A stretch of DNA of 60,118 bases, filler included, from Hausera hauseri (Eukaryota): the NCBI GenBank assembly GCA_046269625.1. It is 9 parts of 9 records of this genome, joined end to end, with 100 filler letters (N's around TTAATTAATTAA, not from the genome) between each part and the next. Parts side by side here need not be neighbours in the genome. Positions count along the whole stretch, not along the records: positions 6,740 to 17,866 come from JBJURY010122206.1; positions 17,967 to 22,967 come from JBJURY010364595.1; positions 23,068 to 30,042 come from JBJURY010047331.1; 6 more parts are not named here. One strand, written 5' to 3'. The notes beneath the pieces were generated by a model that had not been told where the DNA came from, did no database searches, and worked only from the letters and a program-made list of their open reading frames with translations. The translations under genes and the position numbers were made by a program. Positions 10,046 to 23,194 of this stretch are shown piece by piece; the stretch's first letter is position 1; each line of letters starts with the position of its first letter.

Positions 10046-13000
10046 CATTTTTTCCGTTTTGACTGCCGTACTCCTACCAATAGCGTTTTCGTATTGGATG
10101 CTGCACTCACATCTTTTCCTCACCACACAAAATTTATGATCGATTCAGGTTCAGCTGCTTCATTACTACCTTTATCTTTCACATCACTAAAAATGCTCCC
10201 TACATCTACTATACTCTTCACCGCAAATGGGCAAGCATTACGTATTTTTGGTGCCGCAGAAATGTCTTTCACCCTGCCACATTTTTTTGATGTCTTTCAA
10301 TGGAAGTTCATTGCTTCAAATATTAAAACACCAATTTTAGGGCCTGATGTTTTATCGCACTACAACATACTAGATGATTGCAAGCAGCATCGTGTGATTA
10401 AAAGTACAATCAATCATACAAAATCACAAAATATTGCACCACTTGCCGCACAGTTGGCTGTAGCTCCAAAATCTATATTAAAGAAATCTTTTATTAAATT
10501 AGATAAATTACATGTTCGTAACTCCGACTGTGACGCTTTCATTCATACAGTAACAACAAAAACAAGTTCCAACACCGACGCAACCTCTCACCTCACCTCC
10601 CCATTAATGCAACTAGAAACAACTCTTCGTGACTACATCATAATTTCTTGTCCTAGAGCATTAAAGAAAAACCAAAATTTCAAGTCTGCTTTTACGACGT
10701 ACCATCACATCGTCACTGAACACCAAACAGAAGGTTAGGCCACTTTCTCCTCGCAGACGCAAAGCTGTGGAATCAGAGTTCAAAGAATTAGAAAAGGCAG
10801 GAATTATAAGACGATCAAAGTCACCTTGGGCCTTACCTCTACACGTAGTGCCCAAGAAGGATGGTACTTTCAGGCCCTGTGGCGATTATCGCCAATTAAA
10901 CACCATTACGGTAATGGACGCATATCCATTACGGCTTATCAGCGATATCTTACACAGACTCAATGGCAACACCATATTTTTGTCCATCGATCTTCATAAA
11001 ACCTACCATCAGATACCTATCTTATCTGCTGACATACAGAAAACAGCTGTGTCAACACCTTTTGGCCTTTTTGAGTATGTTTTCATGACCTTTGGTCTGC
11101 GCAGCACTTCTCAAACATTTCAAAGGCACAATTCTTGCTGGTATAAACTTTGAATTCCCTTACATATATGACATTCTCATAGCTTCGTCATCTCCTAAAC
11201 AATATGCAGAGCGCTTACGCATAGTTTTCCAACGCCTTCACTAAAATAATTTAGAAGTAAATCTCGCCAAATGTTCTTTTTTCCAACACAAGATCTATTT
11301 CCTTGGTCATGTCATCACCAAATTTAGCCTCTCTACTCAGCAATACCGCATAACTCAACTTAAGAACATCAAATTGCCACGAAAAACAACTGAAATGCGC
11401 TCGTTTCTTGGCACACTCCAATTTGTTCACAAATACGTGCCACACTGTTCTGAATTAACCGCACAGTTTGCCTTTTTATAGTCTGGAAAGAAGAAACAAT
11501 TAATTCACTGCACTCCCTAATTTGTCAACCAGTTTGACCATTTACGTGAAGGTTTAAAAACTATCGAAAGTCTAGTATACCCTAAGACTGACGCAGAGCC
11601 GATATTAACCATATATGCCTCTACCACAGCAGTTGGCGCAACACTGCATGAAATTTCCAATGGCGTCAACGAGCCTCTGGAATTTTATTCGCGGAAACTT
11701 ACATCACCAGAAAGTCGTTACTCAACTTTCGACAGAGAGCTCCTAGCTATAGTATTAGCTCTAAAACATCTCTCACATTTGCTCATTGCCAGGTCTTTTA
11801 CGATCCAAACTCACCACAAACCTCTTATTCACATCGTGGATACGAGAACTCCTTTATCTCGACAAGAACGTCACATATCGTACTTGTCGACATTCGATTT
11901 TAAAATGGTACATATTGCAGGCACTGACAATTTGGTTGCCAATTTTTTGTCGAGATCCGTTAACATCATTGGAGTCACTCCCATTTTCTCAAAAGCAGTG
12001 CTTCAGCAAAATGTACCAGCATAGAAAATTCTTAAGTCTTTTAAATGGCACCAAATCATCGACGGAATAGCCTATGATACTTCTAAACCCGGTACTCACA
12101 AACCAATTTTGTCTTCACATTTGCAGAAAACTGCATTTCATAACGTACATTCTCTTCATCATCCGGGTGCCAAAGCAACCTTTTGTCTTCTGCAACGTAG
12201 CGTTATATGATCATCCATAAGATCAGACATACATGTATGGGTTAAGGAATGCGTGGCATGCCAAAAATTTAAAACTCACAAGCATCTGAAGTCACCATTA
12301 TATCACTTTCCCTGTACGTCGAGTTTTGAATCCGCTCATATAGACCTAGTCGGTCCTTTTTGTCCTGAAAACGGCCATCAATTCATACTCACAATGATTG
12401 AATTTTCTTCTCGATGGTCAAAAGCCATTCCATTACGTTCCATTAATACTATCGCTGAGGTTTTCATCAAAACGTGGATCAGCAGATTTGGCTGCCATCG
12501 TTTCATAATCACGGACCAAGGTCCACAATTCAAGTCATATCTCTTTAAATCTCTAGTCAATCGCTTGGTGATTAAACATATACACACTTCTCCATATTAT
12601 CCCCAAGCGAGCGGTGAACTAGAAAGATTCCACCACACAATGAAGACCTCACTTAAAATCCTTACTGAATCACACAGCAACTGGATAGCTCTTGTACCTC
12701 TTGTCCTGTTTGGATGGAGAAACACACCCTCCACCACCACGGGTTGTGCACCAGCTGAAGCATTGTTTGGAACACCGATTCGAGCACTTTTTATGTTAAC
12801 TGAACTGAACGGTACACCAACAGACGAACTGATTCAAAATGTCCAAGATCACTTCGTTACACTAAACAAAGAATCATTTTGCAAAATAGTAAATTATATC
12901 AAATCAAATATACCAAATGATTTGTATACTGCCAAGTTTGTCTGACTTCGAAATCCTTCACCTGGTGGTTTCCAACCACGATACGTTGGGCCATTCAAAC

Positions 13001-13733
13001 TCCTTTCTTTATCGTCTCGCACAGTTAAAATTCCTAAAAGCGGTAAAGAACAAACTGTACCCATTACAAATCTAAAACCTGCTTTCTTTGTGGATACTGT
13101 CCTCATGATACACAAAACAACCCCAACTCCACTTGCACTTTTCTCGATTCTTTTGTTTCTACGCCGTTTCTTGCTAAATCAACAAATCATCAACCACAAT
13201 CTGATCTAATTCCCACTTTTCTTTCTAATCTTTCCACCCCTACTTCCAATTCTTTATCTGTTACTTTTCATTTCTCATATTCTACAGCTAACGTCCCATC
13301 CACTATTTCAATTTCATGATTTCATGCTTCTCTCGTCTCAATTCCTACCCCTCTCTTCTCATCTTCCAACTCTACTTCACATTCTCCACTTTTACTTCTC
13401 ACTCTTCACTTTCCATTTCTCATTCCTCACCCTCTTCCTCCATTTCTGCTTCAATTAATCGTTCATCACAACTTTCACTTGCCTCAACAGAAACAACACC
13501 AAACAATCAACCCAAAAATACGACAAAGCTTTCACCCCTAAGTACATCTCTACAAACAAACACACCACATGAAAACAGAACACTCAGTTACTTTCAGTAA
13601 GTACAGTAGAGAGCAAAATATGAACAAAGTACAACGCCTAGTACAAACAAAAATCGAGTAGAATACAAATTCTTTTTCCTTTTTGCGATTTTTCTCTTTA
13701 TATTTTCGCTCTGTATTATAGTGCCATTTTTAC

Positions 13734-13751
13734 GGGGAGGGGGTAGTGTGG
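13734..13751 (+). promoter_or_regulatory. Polypurine tract and start of 3' LTR (TGTGG at 13747)
   Basis: GGGGAGGGGGTAG directly followed by TGTGG, downstream of integrase and a pyrimidine-rich 3' region. Confidence 0.75.
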
Positions 13752-14849
13752 TGCCGCGGTTGCGGGCGTTGCCACCACCTACCACAGGCGTCTGGCGGCT
13801 GGGTGCCTTTTGGACCGGTGTTCCACTCGTCCTAATTTTAGCCAGCCGACTCTCATCCGCATGGCAGCCATCCAAGAATCGAACCGAATACAGAAAGATT
13901 TCACGAACTCATTGGAGATCGGTTTCTCAGGATGATTAAAAAAGCGAAATATTTTTGAGTCAGTTAGAAACACATAAATGATGATTACGAAAGTTGATGC
14001 GTTACAATTTTCACGTCCAGAAACTAGTCTTAGTCCAATAAAGAAATAGCCATAAAAATGAAGAAAGAATCGCCAATTAAAAACAGTAAAAGTTCAATTA
14101 AGGCCGAAAAGAATCAAGGATATGTCAGCCATGATTCCAGTTTCTGAATGATATCAAACCGAACAGGAATTCGAGAGTCCGAATAAGCAAAGAAAATTCG
14201 TCGAAACTCTATCGAATTGCTACCCTTTTCTGATTTACGGAGGTCATTCTTGTTTCCATTATTAAGCCTGTCAAGAAAAATGAAGTTGTGGATGAATTGG
14301 AAAATGTTTTCTCTATCACTTTACCCGATTTTGCGGCTAAATATTTTGCATGTGATCGATCAATGGTTTGTTTTACTTTAACAATTCATTTTAAAATTTG
14401 TTGCTTCGTTTTAAATTAGTGCTGATATTCAATCTGTTTACGACATATTGAACGTGTTTTAATTCCTTTTTCCGTCAATGCATAAAAAGGATCTAAAAGG
14501 AAAATATGATCAAAAGAATTTGCGAATTCATTATTTAAAAGTTTTGAATAGGTAACACAGACAATGGCCTATAAGAATTTGTCAAATCTCTATCGGAATA
14601 TTTTGCTGCAACCGTTTCTGTGGGATGTACCACCTAGAAATTTTTTAAACAATACTTGATACCGCGATTTTATTTTTCAAAATTGAATCATTAAAGGAAC
14701 AACACGAAAGTAACAATCAGCACAATATCGTACACGTCTAGAACACTTTCATCTTTAGAGAAAGAATACTGCGTTACGACAAAGGAACTGTTGGCATTGC
14801 AAGAGTCTATTCCACATTTTAAACAGAATCTATATGACAACACTTCATG

Positions 14850-16000
14850 GCTAGGACAAATCATAAAACATTAGTATATATGAAGACCGCTACAAAATCA
14901 ATAACATTGCAATTCCAGTCGTGGTTGCAAAAAATAAGATAGATTTTAATTTCACACTAGAATATAGGAATGGCGAACAACATGGAAAAGCAGATGGATT
15001 GTAGTGGTTGTATGAGTATTTGTGTGCTTAGTGCCAAGCAAGACACGCTGATCCTAGGCAAACAAAGTCACGTGCAAAGCACATTAATTCCATATTGGTT
15101 AGGTCAACCTTGAAATGGATAAAAGATGAACAAAAAATGTGCAGAAAGACAACAAGTAAAATATCAGTTAGACGGCTCAACGGTTATAAACGTACATTGT
15201 CGAAAGAGATTCTCAATATGATCACTAAATTGGAAATGACAAACTGTTTCCTAGTATATAAATATCAGAACTACAGACTACCAGTAATTCCAAAAATGTG
15301 CGAAAAGATTTCATCTGGAAAATACATGTGGATCTATTCCATCTAGATATGCAGAAGACAAAACGATATATTCAACATCACTTCGCAATTTCGGATCTAA
15401 CGAAATAAGTAGAGGATGTCATTGGAAAATCTAAAGAATGCTTACATCGGAAAATCCCAATGTAAAAGACGAAAGAGAAGTTCATTCCTATTAAGAGTGA
15501 TAATTTTCTGGACCAACTGGTAGTAGACATTTCATATGTCGGAGACAAAGATAGCATGTATACATAAATGTTGATTATTATAGCTCAGTTTTTATAGCTA
15601 GTGAGTTTAACAGAAATAAGGAGGCTGAAAGAAGAAACAGTTATCGAGTGCATGCTGGTGAAATGGATTTACAGATTCTGAAAACCGAAGTCAATCTTGA
15701 CCGACAACGGAAAGTGTTTTTCGGGAAGCAAGTTTGGAGAGTTTTGCAAAGTATGGAATTAAACAAATATCCAGCAATCCGTTTCAACATCAATCTAACG
15801 GTTTGGCAGAAAGGGTCAGCCGAACTGTTCGGGATATGTTGGTAACCAGTGCTGCAGGAAAGTTGGGCAAAGCATGCTGGAAGTCACTACCGGAAAGCAC
15901 AACCGGACACTCACCGTTTGAAATAATTTTTAAACGAGAAATTAACTTGCGCGCAGCTGGAGGAGTCACAAGACAGACCGATAGCGGCAAACTGACACAA
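14850..16000 (+). mobile_element. Highly degraded Gypsy RNaseH/integrase remnant
   Basis: LEYRNGEQHGKADGL near 14960-15000 and ISSNPFQHQSNGLAERVSRTVRDML...TTGHSPFEIIF in 15734-16060. Confidence 0.7.
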
Positions 16001-16247
16001 AGTATTACAAGACGAGTATATGTATCACCAGGGTTATCGGCAGGCCCCTCAAATTTTTAAAAATATTTTCACTTGGTTGTCTCCACCACCTCTCGTTCAT
16101 GAAATTTTTTTTAATTGGAAAAACCCACCTATAATCCTGGTAATACAACTACTCACAAAACTTCAATAAAAATAACAAAAATAGTAATAATAAAATAATA
16201 ATATTGAAAAATAGTAAAAATATTAAAATAATAGAAATAGATATAAA

Positions 16248-16251
16248 AATA

Positions 16252-16287
<36 letters not shown>
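16248..16287. repeat. (AAT)n microsatellite in an AT-rich low-complexity tract
   Basis: Direct AAT tandem run. Confidence 0.9.
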
Positions 16288-16288
<1 letters not shown>

Positions 16289-16334
16289 TAATAAAAATAA
16301 TATAAAATTAAAATTTGAAAATTCAGATTCTGGC

Positions 16335-16613
16335 TCATCCCTTGCAGCCAATGTGAAGCGTGCTCGTATAATAGTATTTCATATGCCCTCGAATTTCGCG
16401 AAAGTACCAAAAAATAATATATCCCAGTTGATCAAGGAAATTAAGCAAATCTCTAATATCATAAGTAATTGCCCTCATATCTGAATATTCCTGGGGTAAC
16501 TTCAGAGGTTCTTCAAATATTTTTAGAATTCCTTCTAAACGTTGATGGATACTATCATAATATTCCCAAATATGAGGATCGATGTCTTTCACAAATGTTC
16601 GAAGTAATAAATC
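16335..16613 (-). pseudogene. ERH: Enhancer of rudimentary (ERH)-like sequence, diverged
   Basis: WEYYDSIHQRLEGILKIFEEPLK...AITYDIRDLLNFLDQL aligns with ERH [23 protein letters not shown]...SITYDISQLFDFIDDL. The C-terminus drifts, possibly by frameshift, and the 5' end abuts a 10-N gap. Confidence 0.7.
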
Positions 16614-17038
16614 NNNNNNNNNNTGAATACAACAATGCGATTTAAGTCGCAAAGTAGAGTTGAACTGCAACTAAATAACAAATTTTCGTAAATCCCAACA
16701 AAATTGTTCTATCACCGATATCAGTTAAATGAGATACTAATTACCAAATCAAAGTGATTTTACCAAATCAGTTCAAATCGTTGTGAAGAAACTGAAATTG
16801 AAACGAAAATTTTTTGAACAATATGGTAGAAATAAATTTTTTAAATTCAAAAAGTGTAAATAAATTTATTGAAACAATAAAACAAAATTTTTTAAAGCAA
16901 CAGTCCTGTTATTGAAACTAATAAATACTAACAATAAATTCAAAACCTGATAATTAATCGATAAGTATTTTTTCTAATGTACAAAAATAAATCGTCTATG
17001 TACAAAATATGAAATCGACAAAAGCTATCGAAAAACGT

Positions 17039-17866
17039 TCAGAAACGCCCAATAGAGAACATTGATTGTGGCTCTTTGGTAGTTGGACCTTTCTTACTAT
17101 GGAACTTTTGATTTGATGGTAAACGTGAAAAGAATGAGTGACTAAGTGCTTCGGCAAAAGTGATTCTTGATTTTGGATTATAGTCTAACATTCGAGAAAT
17201 TAGATCGAAAAGATCGATAGTGTCAACATTTTCGGGTTTACAGTAATTACCGAGTCTACTACAATTTTTTCTAACAAATTTAGCATTCTTTTCACTAGGA
17301 AACCAAAGTAGACTACCATCGTCATGAAAATAGCCCTTTAAAGTAGTTTTAGTCATTTTATACGGAATTCGGACAATTATTCGATTCATCATTGCCAGAT
17401 GTTCGCGGTTGTCGTGAGCCTGGAATAAAGTATGACCCGTAAATAATTCAAATAGTATACAGCCAATTGAACAGACATCACATGGTTGATACCAGCCTAA
17501 TTCAAGTATAACTTCCAGAGAACAATAATGTCTGGTTGACACAACACTTGAATGTTTTTCATGATTGAATGTTTCCGAACCAAAGTTGATCCAACGGATT
17601 TCTGATGATTTTACCACATTATACTGTTTGGATTTTGACGACGAAATAGCATTGTAATCAGAATTGACAAACAAAATATTTTCCGGTTTTAGATCAGTAT
17701 TGGTTAGATTATTTTCGTGTAGGAAATTTACAGCTAAACACGTCTGATATCCGATGTGACGAACATGTTCAATGGGATAAGGAATATAATTATTTTCTTT
17801 TAAAACGGTAGATACACTGAGACCGAGTAGTTGAAAGGAAATACATATATGTCCATTGTAATTGAA
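17039..17866 (-). CDS. CLK: CLK/LAMMER dual-specificity kinase, C-terminal part, with altered catalytic motifs
   Basis: Open frame from the contig end: FNYNGHICISFQLLGLS...NTDLKPENILF...INFGS...STRHYCSLEVILELGW...HDNREHLAMMNRI. Confidence 0.88.
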   Translation of the reverse strand, partial: FNYNGHICISFQLLGLSVSTVLKENNYIPYPIEHVRHIGYQTCLAVNFLHENNLTNTDLKPENILFVNSDYNAISSSKSKQYNVVKSSEIRWINFGSETFNHEKHSSVVSTRHYCSLEVILELGWYQPCDVCSIGCILFELFTGHTLFQAHDNREHLAMMNRIIVRIPYKMTKTTLKGYFHDDGSLLWFPSEKNAKFVRKNCSRLGNYCKPENVDTIDLFDLISRMLDYNPKSRITFAEALSHSFFSRLPSNQKFHSKKGPTTKEPQSMFSIGRF

Positions 17867-17984
17867 NNNNNNNNNNNNNNNNNNNNNNNNNNNNNNNNNN
17901 NNNNNNNNNNTTAATTAATTAANNNNNNNNNNNNNNNNNNNNNNNNNNNNNNNNNNNNNNNNNNNNAATTATAATGATTACCCC

Positions 17985-20900
17985 TTGTTAATACCACTAT
18001 TAGTTAAAGTATATGGTAAGTATGTTAATGCGGAACTTGATACTACTACTCCGTTGACTCGTATAAATCTGCGATTATATAGACGAATTACACATTATAT
18101 ACCCGAAGCGTGTGGGAAATTAGATCTAACTATAGGTTATATAGATGTTACCTGTTATGCCAACCCACAAGAGTCATATTCTGATCTTATTATTGGTTTA
18201 GATGTACTATACAAACTAACAGGAGCGGAACTCAAAGTCATCGGCAGATCAATTGTATTCAACTGCGAAGGTTACCAGGATACCAAACCTCAACCCAATG
18301 ATCAATGGTGGTTTGCGCCGGGAGAAGAGACTGTTCCACCCTTACTAAATTATGTTACATTGAAGCAACTAAGTGAACAAAATACGGAGTCTACATTAGC
18401 ACGAAAAATAACCCAAACACGAGTAATGGAAATACCTACAGTTAACACTCCATCTCCGATTTTCGGGAGTCCTTTTAAGTTACCCACAATAACCCTGTTG
18501 ACGCTGATATTGCTTATAATATTTGGATGTGCGGATGCCCAACCAACACATATGACAACAACTACAAATGCGTGGAGCAGTACAATCCTGTTATTGTCAA
18601 TATTTGCTTACTATATGTTTAATAGCCGTATAGTAACGGACGATGAGGAAGTAGATAATTCTTCCTCGAATGATCAAACAAGAAAACAAGTACCCTTACC
18701 TTCGGTAATAGATATGGACACTAGTCCAGTAAATAGTATGGTGAGAGTACCACAGAAATTACCACGAAATTCGTTTCAAGATGTACCAAGACCTATATCA
18801 ACAATGACAATATATCCTGATTTAATGGAAATGCAGACTACAAGCAATATGCAACCACCCGTGAGTTATATCGCCTTAAGTAAGAAGTTGGAAGAAGCTG
18901 AAGAAAATATTAAACGATTAAGAGAGGAAATTGAAAAACATCAACAAGAAAGAAGTCCAAAATTCCCTGAGTATAACGACATTAAGCTACGAAAAATAGA
19001 CCACACTATGCAAGCACAACGTAAAGAAATTAAACCAAATGAACAGATTTATTTCGAATTACCTCAACAGAAAGGAGGAACTTACCACCACTCCCATTAA
19101 CTAGAGAGGCAGCTAATCGACACATGTTGGAAAATTTTCTGTTAGCTATACCAGAACGCATAAATCACGCACAACAATTACTCAAAGGACCTATAAATAG
19201 TGTAACAGAATTAAAAGACTTCCTTAGCAAATACCACGAAAAGTGTGGAATAACAGATGAACAATATAAACCCATAATAAAGCTAATTTGTGAGGATCTA
19301 AAATTAGATTTTAATGTCTTAACTGCCCTGGATAAATTTTTCCTGAAAATAAGTTGCGAAGAAGTGTATTACACGATTCCTGATCTGGCTAGTCCAGGAA
19401 AACTGCAGTATCATGATTATGTAGCACTAGTCGAGCAATAAAAATTTTTAAACATCATAACATAAATATAGGAGGAAGAGAACTTATTAACGGGGTAGAA
19501 GAAGTTAAACGAGTTTGGAATGGAAAAATGGGACAGCCTCTAGATAGTAATCTTCCCCCTGAACAGTGGACGAAAATAGATCGACTACAATTCGCGGGGA
19601 ATAGCATTAAATATATGGACGAGATAGCTAACGAAACAAGACCAATGCACATACAAGATCTTCAAGAAAAAGATAAAAAACGAGAATCATCAGGCATCAA
19701 AAGTTACTCCACATTCTCCCTGGGAACGTTGTTCCTTATGGGAATATGTTTACTCTCCATGATTAATGCAACAGAGGCAATTGAGACCACACCTCATCGC
19801 TCTAATTCCTCATGGACTTCATTGTTGTTATGGTTGTTTTCGTTGTTAATGATGAGCAAATTCTTTAATAGCAATGATGATGAATCTTATGAACGCCTCT
19901 CCAAACGCAAAGAACCAATAAAAGTTATAAATTCTTTGAATAATACACTCGATGACAAAAAACAAGAAGGAACCCATATTGTTAACCAGGAAACGGATGA
20001 AATTTCAAAACAAGATACGGAAACCATGTCTAGTTGTATATCTACTAATATACCGATACAAAAACAATCGGAATACTTGAGACAATCACCCCTAGGGTTC
20101 CCCTATGAGTATCAATCAATACACGATTGCATAAGTTACGATAAATTAGCAAACGATTTAAGGGAAATATGTGGAATAAGGTTGCTATCAGCCCAAACAT
20201 TTACTCCAGTACAATTGATCCAATATATTCATACCATTAATTGGAAATTAAGTAGACCTGATTTGGTTGATTACGATGTTAATGATAATGGGGAACAGTG
20301 GACCATAATGAAATGCTCAAACCATTTACTAAGATACGAACCTCTGTTCATTGGCAGTAAACAAGAACGAAAATTCCTTACTCATTATTTCGGAAAGGAA
20401 ATCCCACGAATCTCTACTAGTAATACACTTACTTTATTACAGCGAACGTCTCCAGTAAGCAGTAAGTATGTAGATCAAGAGAAGGCTAAAGAAATAGGAG
20501 AAAGATGTGTGGGACTGTTCCAAAATTTTGGAGGAGAACTGGTGAATGTAAGAACGTCCAATGCGTTTATAGTTAATTGTTGGTTGACTTATACATTGAT
20601 GACAATTAAGGACGAATTAAAACAGGAAGAGTTAGAAGAAATAGAGGAAGATGAAATCCGAATATTGTGGAATATTTATCTGTACAGAGACATACATACA
20701 TCACTAACTGAGGAGGATAGAGAAGAAATTAACCAATTGGAACAAGTAAATGCTAGGGGGACGACAGGCAGGATAAATGCATTATGTTATCGATTACTGT
20801 TCTGCCTACTAGATGAAAATCATCAGAAAGTCGAAATGTATAAAAAGGAACGAGATGATGTAATAAATAAGTGCCAATCGAAACTAGATGAAAAGAGAAG

Positions 20901-22967
20901 GAAATCGAATGATACGATGAAAGAGATACAACAATTAGACATTTTCGGAGAGCAAAACACATGTACTTATCTCAGTGAAGAACCTTCAAAAATGAAGAAA
21001 AGGGAAGATTCGTTGTGCGATAGCGGCAAAGTCGAAGAAAATCATGACTTAACGGAACCAAACAATAATACCAAGATGGATAATTTCGTAAAGATATCCG
21101 AATATGAGGAGTTCAAAAAACCCATAAATAACGAACCAATACCTAGCAAGGGTTTGTGTATATTGACGGGTAGGGAATTCTTAAAGATTACCAGTGCTAG
21201 AAAATTTGATTGGAATAAATGTTTTGGAGAACAGAGGATAGTGTTCGCTCCAAATTTTAATCGAGATATACGCAATTGTAAACAGGAATTTGAAATACCT
21301 GGTGGCGTGGATAATACAATTCTAATAGTTGATGAACCCATAGTAAGCGCAATGGAGTCTCCTTTTCGATTCCCCTATGGTTACCAAACTTTCGTAGAAT
21401 GTATGAATTACGATAAACTAGTGAGGATACTAAGGATGAATAGTGGACCACAAACAGATCAAAGTTATAGTTCTGATTTATATAAAGAGACTTCATCTAC
21501 ATTGAACCAACCCGATTATAGATATATAAGAAAATATGAACCTCTGTTTATTGGTAGTATGCGAGACCGAATTCTTTTCACTAATGCTTCAAGCGAGAAA
21601 GAATCACAACTACCTAATATAGACATGTTTATGTTATTACGACAGACATCTCCATTATGTGAAAGGTTCATAACTCAAGAGAAAGCTAGGGAAATAGGAA
21701 AGAAATGTATCAGTTTGTATAAAAATTTTGGAGGAGAATTGGCAAACAAAACAACATCTGATTTATTCATGGTTAATTGTTGGTTGACCTATGTAATAAT
21801 GACAATAAAAGACGAATTAACAAAAGAAAAAATAGAAAAAATAGAGAAAGAGGAAGCTCGAATACTGTGGAATGGCTATTTGCTTAGGGATGAAGACACA
21901 CCCCTAACAGAGGAAGATAATATTAAAATTAATCAACTAGAACAAGTGAATACAGAAGGATTGACCGGTCGATTAAATGCTTTACGTTATTGAATGTTGT
22001 TCTGTATGCTAAATGGAGACCAAAATATGGCAAAACCTTTTAGAGAGGAACGTAAAGAGTACGTTAGTAATACGAAGGTACAGGAAAGAGAGTCGTCGCA
22101 GAATATATTTCGTATGGTAAGTAATACAATAAAATTTTGGGCAGATAAGAATACAAATAACGAAGTCAGTAAGAATGAGATGAATCACAATCAGAAGATA
22201 TCCCCAAGTCTTTCATCAAAGGAAACAAGTTTAGGCCCTTCGTCTCATCGAACGCTAGTTGAAAAACAACTTGAAAAACAAATACAATCTAGTAACGATT
22301 ACTCTAATTTGACACATATGATGATGGAGCATAAAAACAAGAATACACCTCACGAATGTTCTGATCATTTAGGAAAAAGATTACCATACCCAGGTCAAAA
22401 GGAGGATTGGGAAGGCATTGATCCTACATATAAACCTCCATCGAAAAAAGGGAAATATAGTTGTCCCAAGGAAATATTACAAAAAACCACGTCGACACTG
22501 AGGAATGGGAAAAGTTACCAGAGTCGTTAAAAGAGGCAGTGGAAGAATTAAACGAGAACGGTTGCGAATGGGAACCATATGAAACTAATAAACGTATAGC
22601 ACCAGAGCTAATAAAGGCAATACGAGAAGATATAAATATGACACCTAAGGAAACGACTCATGAGACAAAGACAATCCTAACCATTATAACGAAAACGCTG
22701 TAACCTAAGGGAGTATATAATTACACAATGGCCAATGAGATAATTCCTCATTTTAGATTAATAAATAGCTTAAGGATAAGTCCAGCAATCCTCCCATCAT
22801 TGAGGGAAGAAATCAACCAAGTGTTATGCAGACTAGTACATCAGCCACCACACTTCCCAGTAAGTTCAACAAGAATATGTGCAGAAGAAAAAGATATTCC
22901 AAACACTATAAAGAATTTACGCATTATAGCCGACAGGAATGAACAATGGTTAGATGATATCGAACCG
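17985..22967 (+). mobile_element. Decayed large polyprotein: retropepsin-like domain, two double-hydrophobic modules and a duplicated ~220-aa domain; probably retroelement accessory region
   Basis: VKVYGKYVNAELDTTT...DLIIGLDVL at the N-terminus. Same-strand ORFs 17985-19100, 19124-19441, 19528-21993, 21994-22530, 22461-22703 and 22728-end are separated only by stops or frameshifts. A-rich coding strand. Confidence 0.5.
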
Positions 22968-23067
22968 NNNNNNNNNNNNNNNNNNNNNNNNNNNNNNNNN
23001 NNNNNNNNNNNTTAATTAATTAANNNNNNNNNNNNNNNNNNNNNNNNNNNNNNNNNNNNNNNNNNNN

Positions 23068-23194
23068 CCCAAAAACAATTTCCGTTTTCCGTGCGTGGGT
23101 GTTCATTTACGGTTTTTCCGTAGTTACTGGTAGTTTATTGATGTATCTTTCTTCTTATGGTGTTTTCTGCAGTTGCGGTCTTTACTCTACGACA
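23068..23194 (-). repeat. 3' LTR (partial), preceded by PPT at about 23199-23209
   Basis: 23068-23142 matches 29968-30042 with 4 mismatches in 75 nt. Minus strand reads GGGAAAAGGGC-GTGC-TGTCG. Confidence 0.8.

Larger units (their letters stand above)
8751..13870 (+). mobile_element. CsRn1-like Ty3/Gypsy LTR retrotransposon copy 1 (UBL-gag, -1 frameshift, pol, PPT, 3' LTR start), degenerate
   Basis: Gag 8961-10010 with two CHCC-type motifs (CYYYTKFNRNAKKCCIGC; CIFHSKFKDSAERCLPRC). Protease FMIDSGSAASLLP. RT SPWALPLHVVPKKDGTFRPCGDYRQLN. RNase H YSTFDRELLA. Integrase HIDLVGP, TDQGPQF, GELERFH. The right boundary of the LTR is approximate. Confidence 0.92.

Noticed and set aside
13316-13600. Ser-rich ORF after integrase as a possible env
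   Set aside because: Low-complexity pyrimidine-rich 3' region. The equivalent region of copy 3 (53350-53950) shows no conserved peptide.
13721-13745. FLRGG peptide at the 3' end of copy 1 as another di-glycine motif
   Set aside because: It is the translation of the polypurine tract and has no UBL-like sequence before it.
16153-16410. Hydrophobic poly-Ile ORF
   Set aside because: Translation of the (AAT)n microsatellite.
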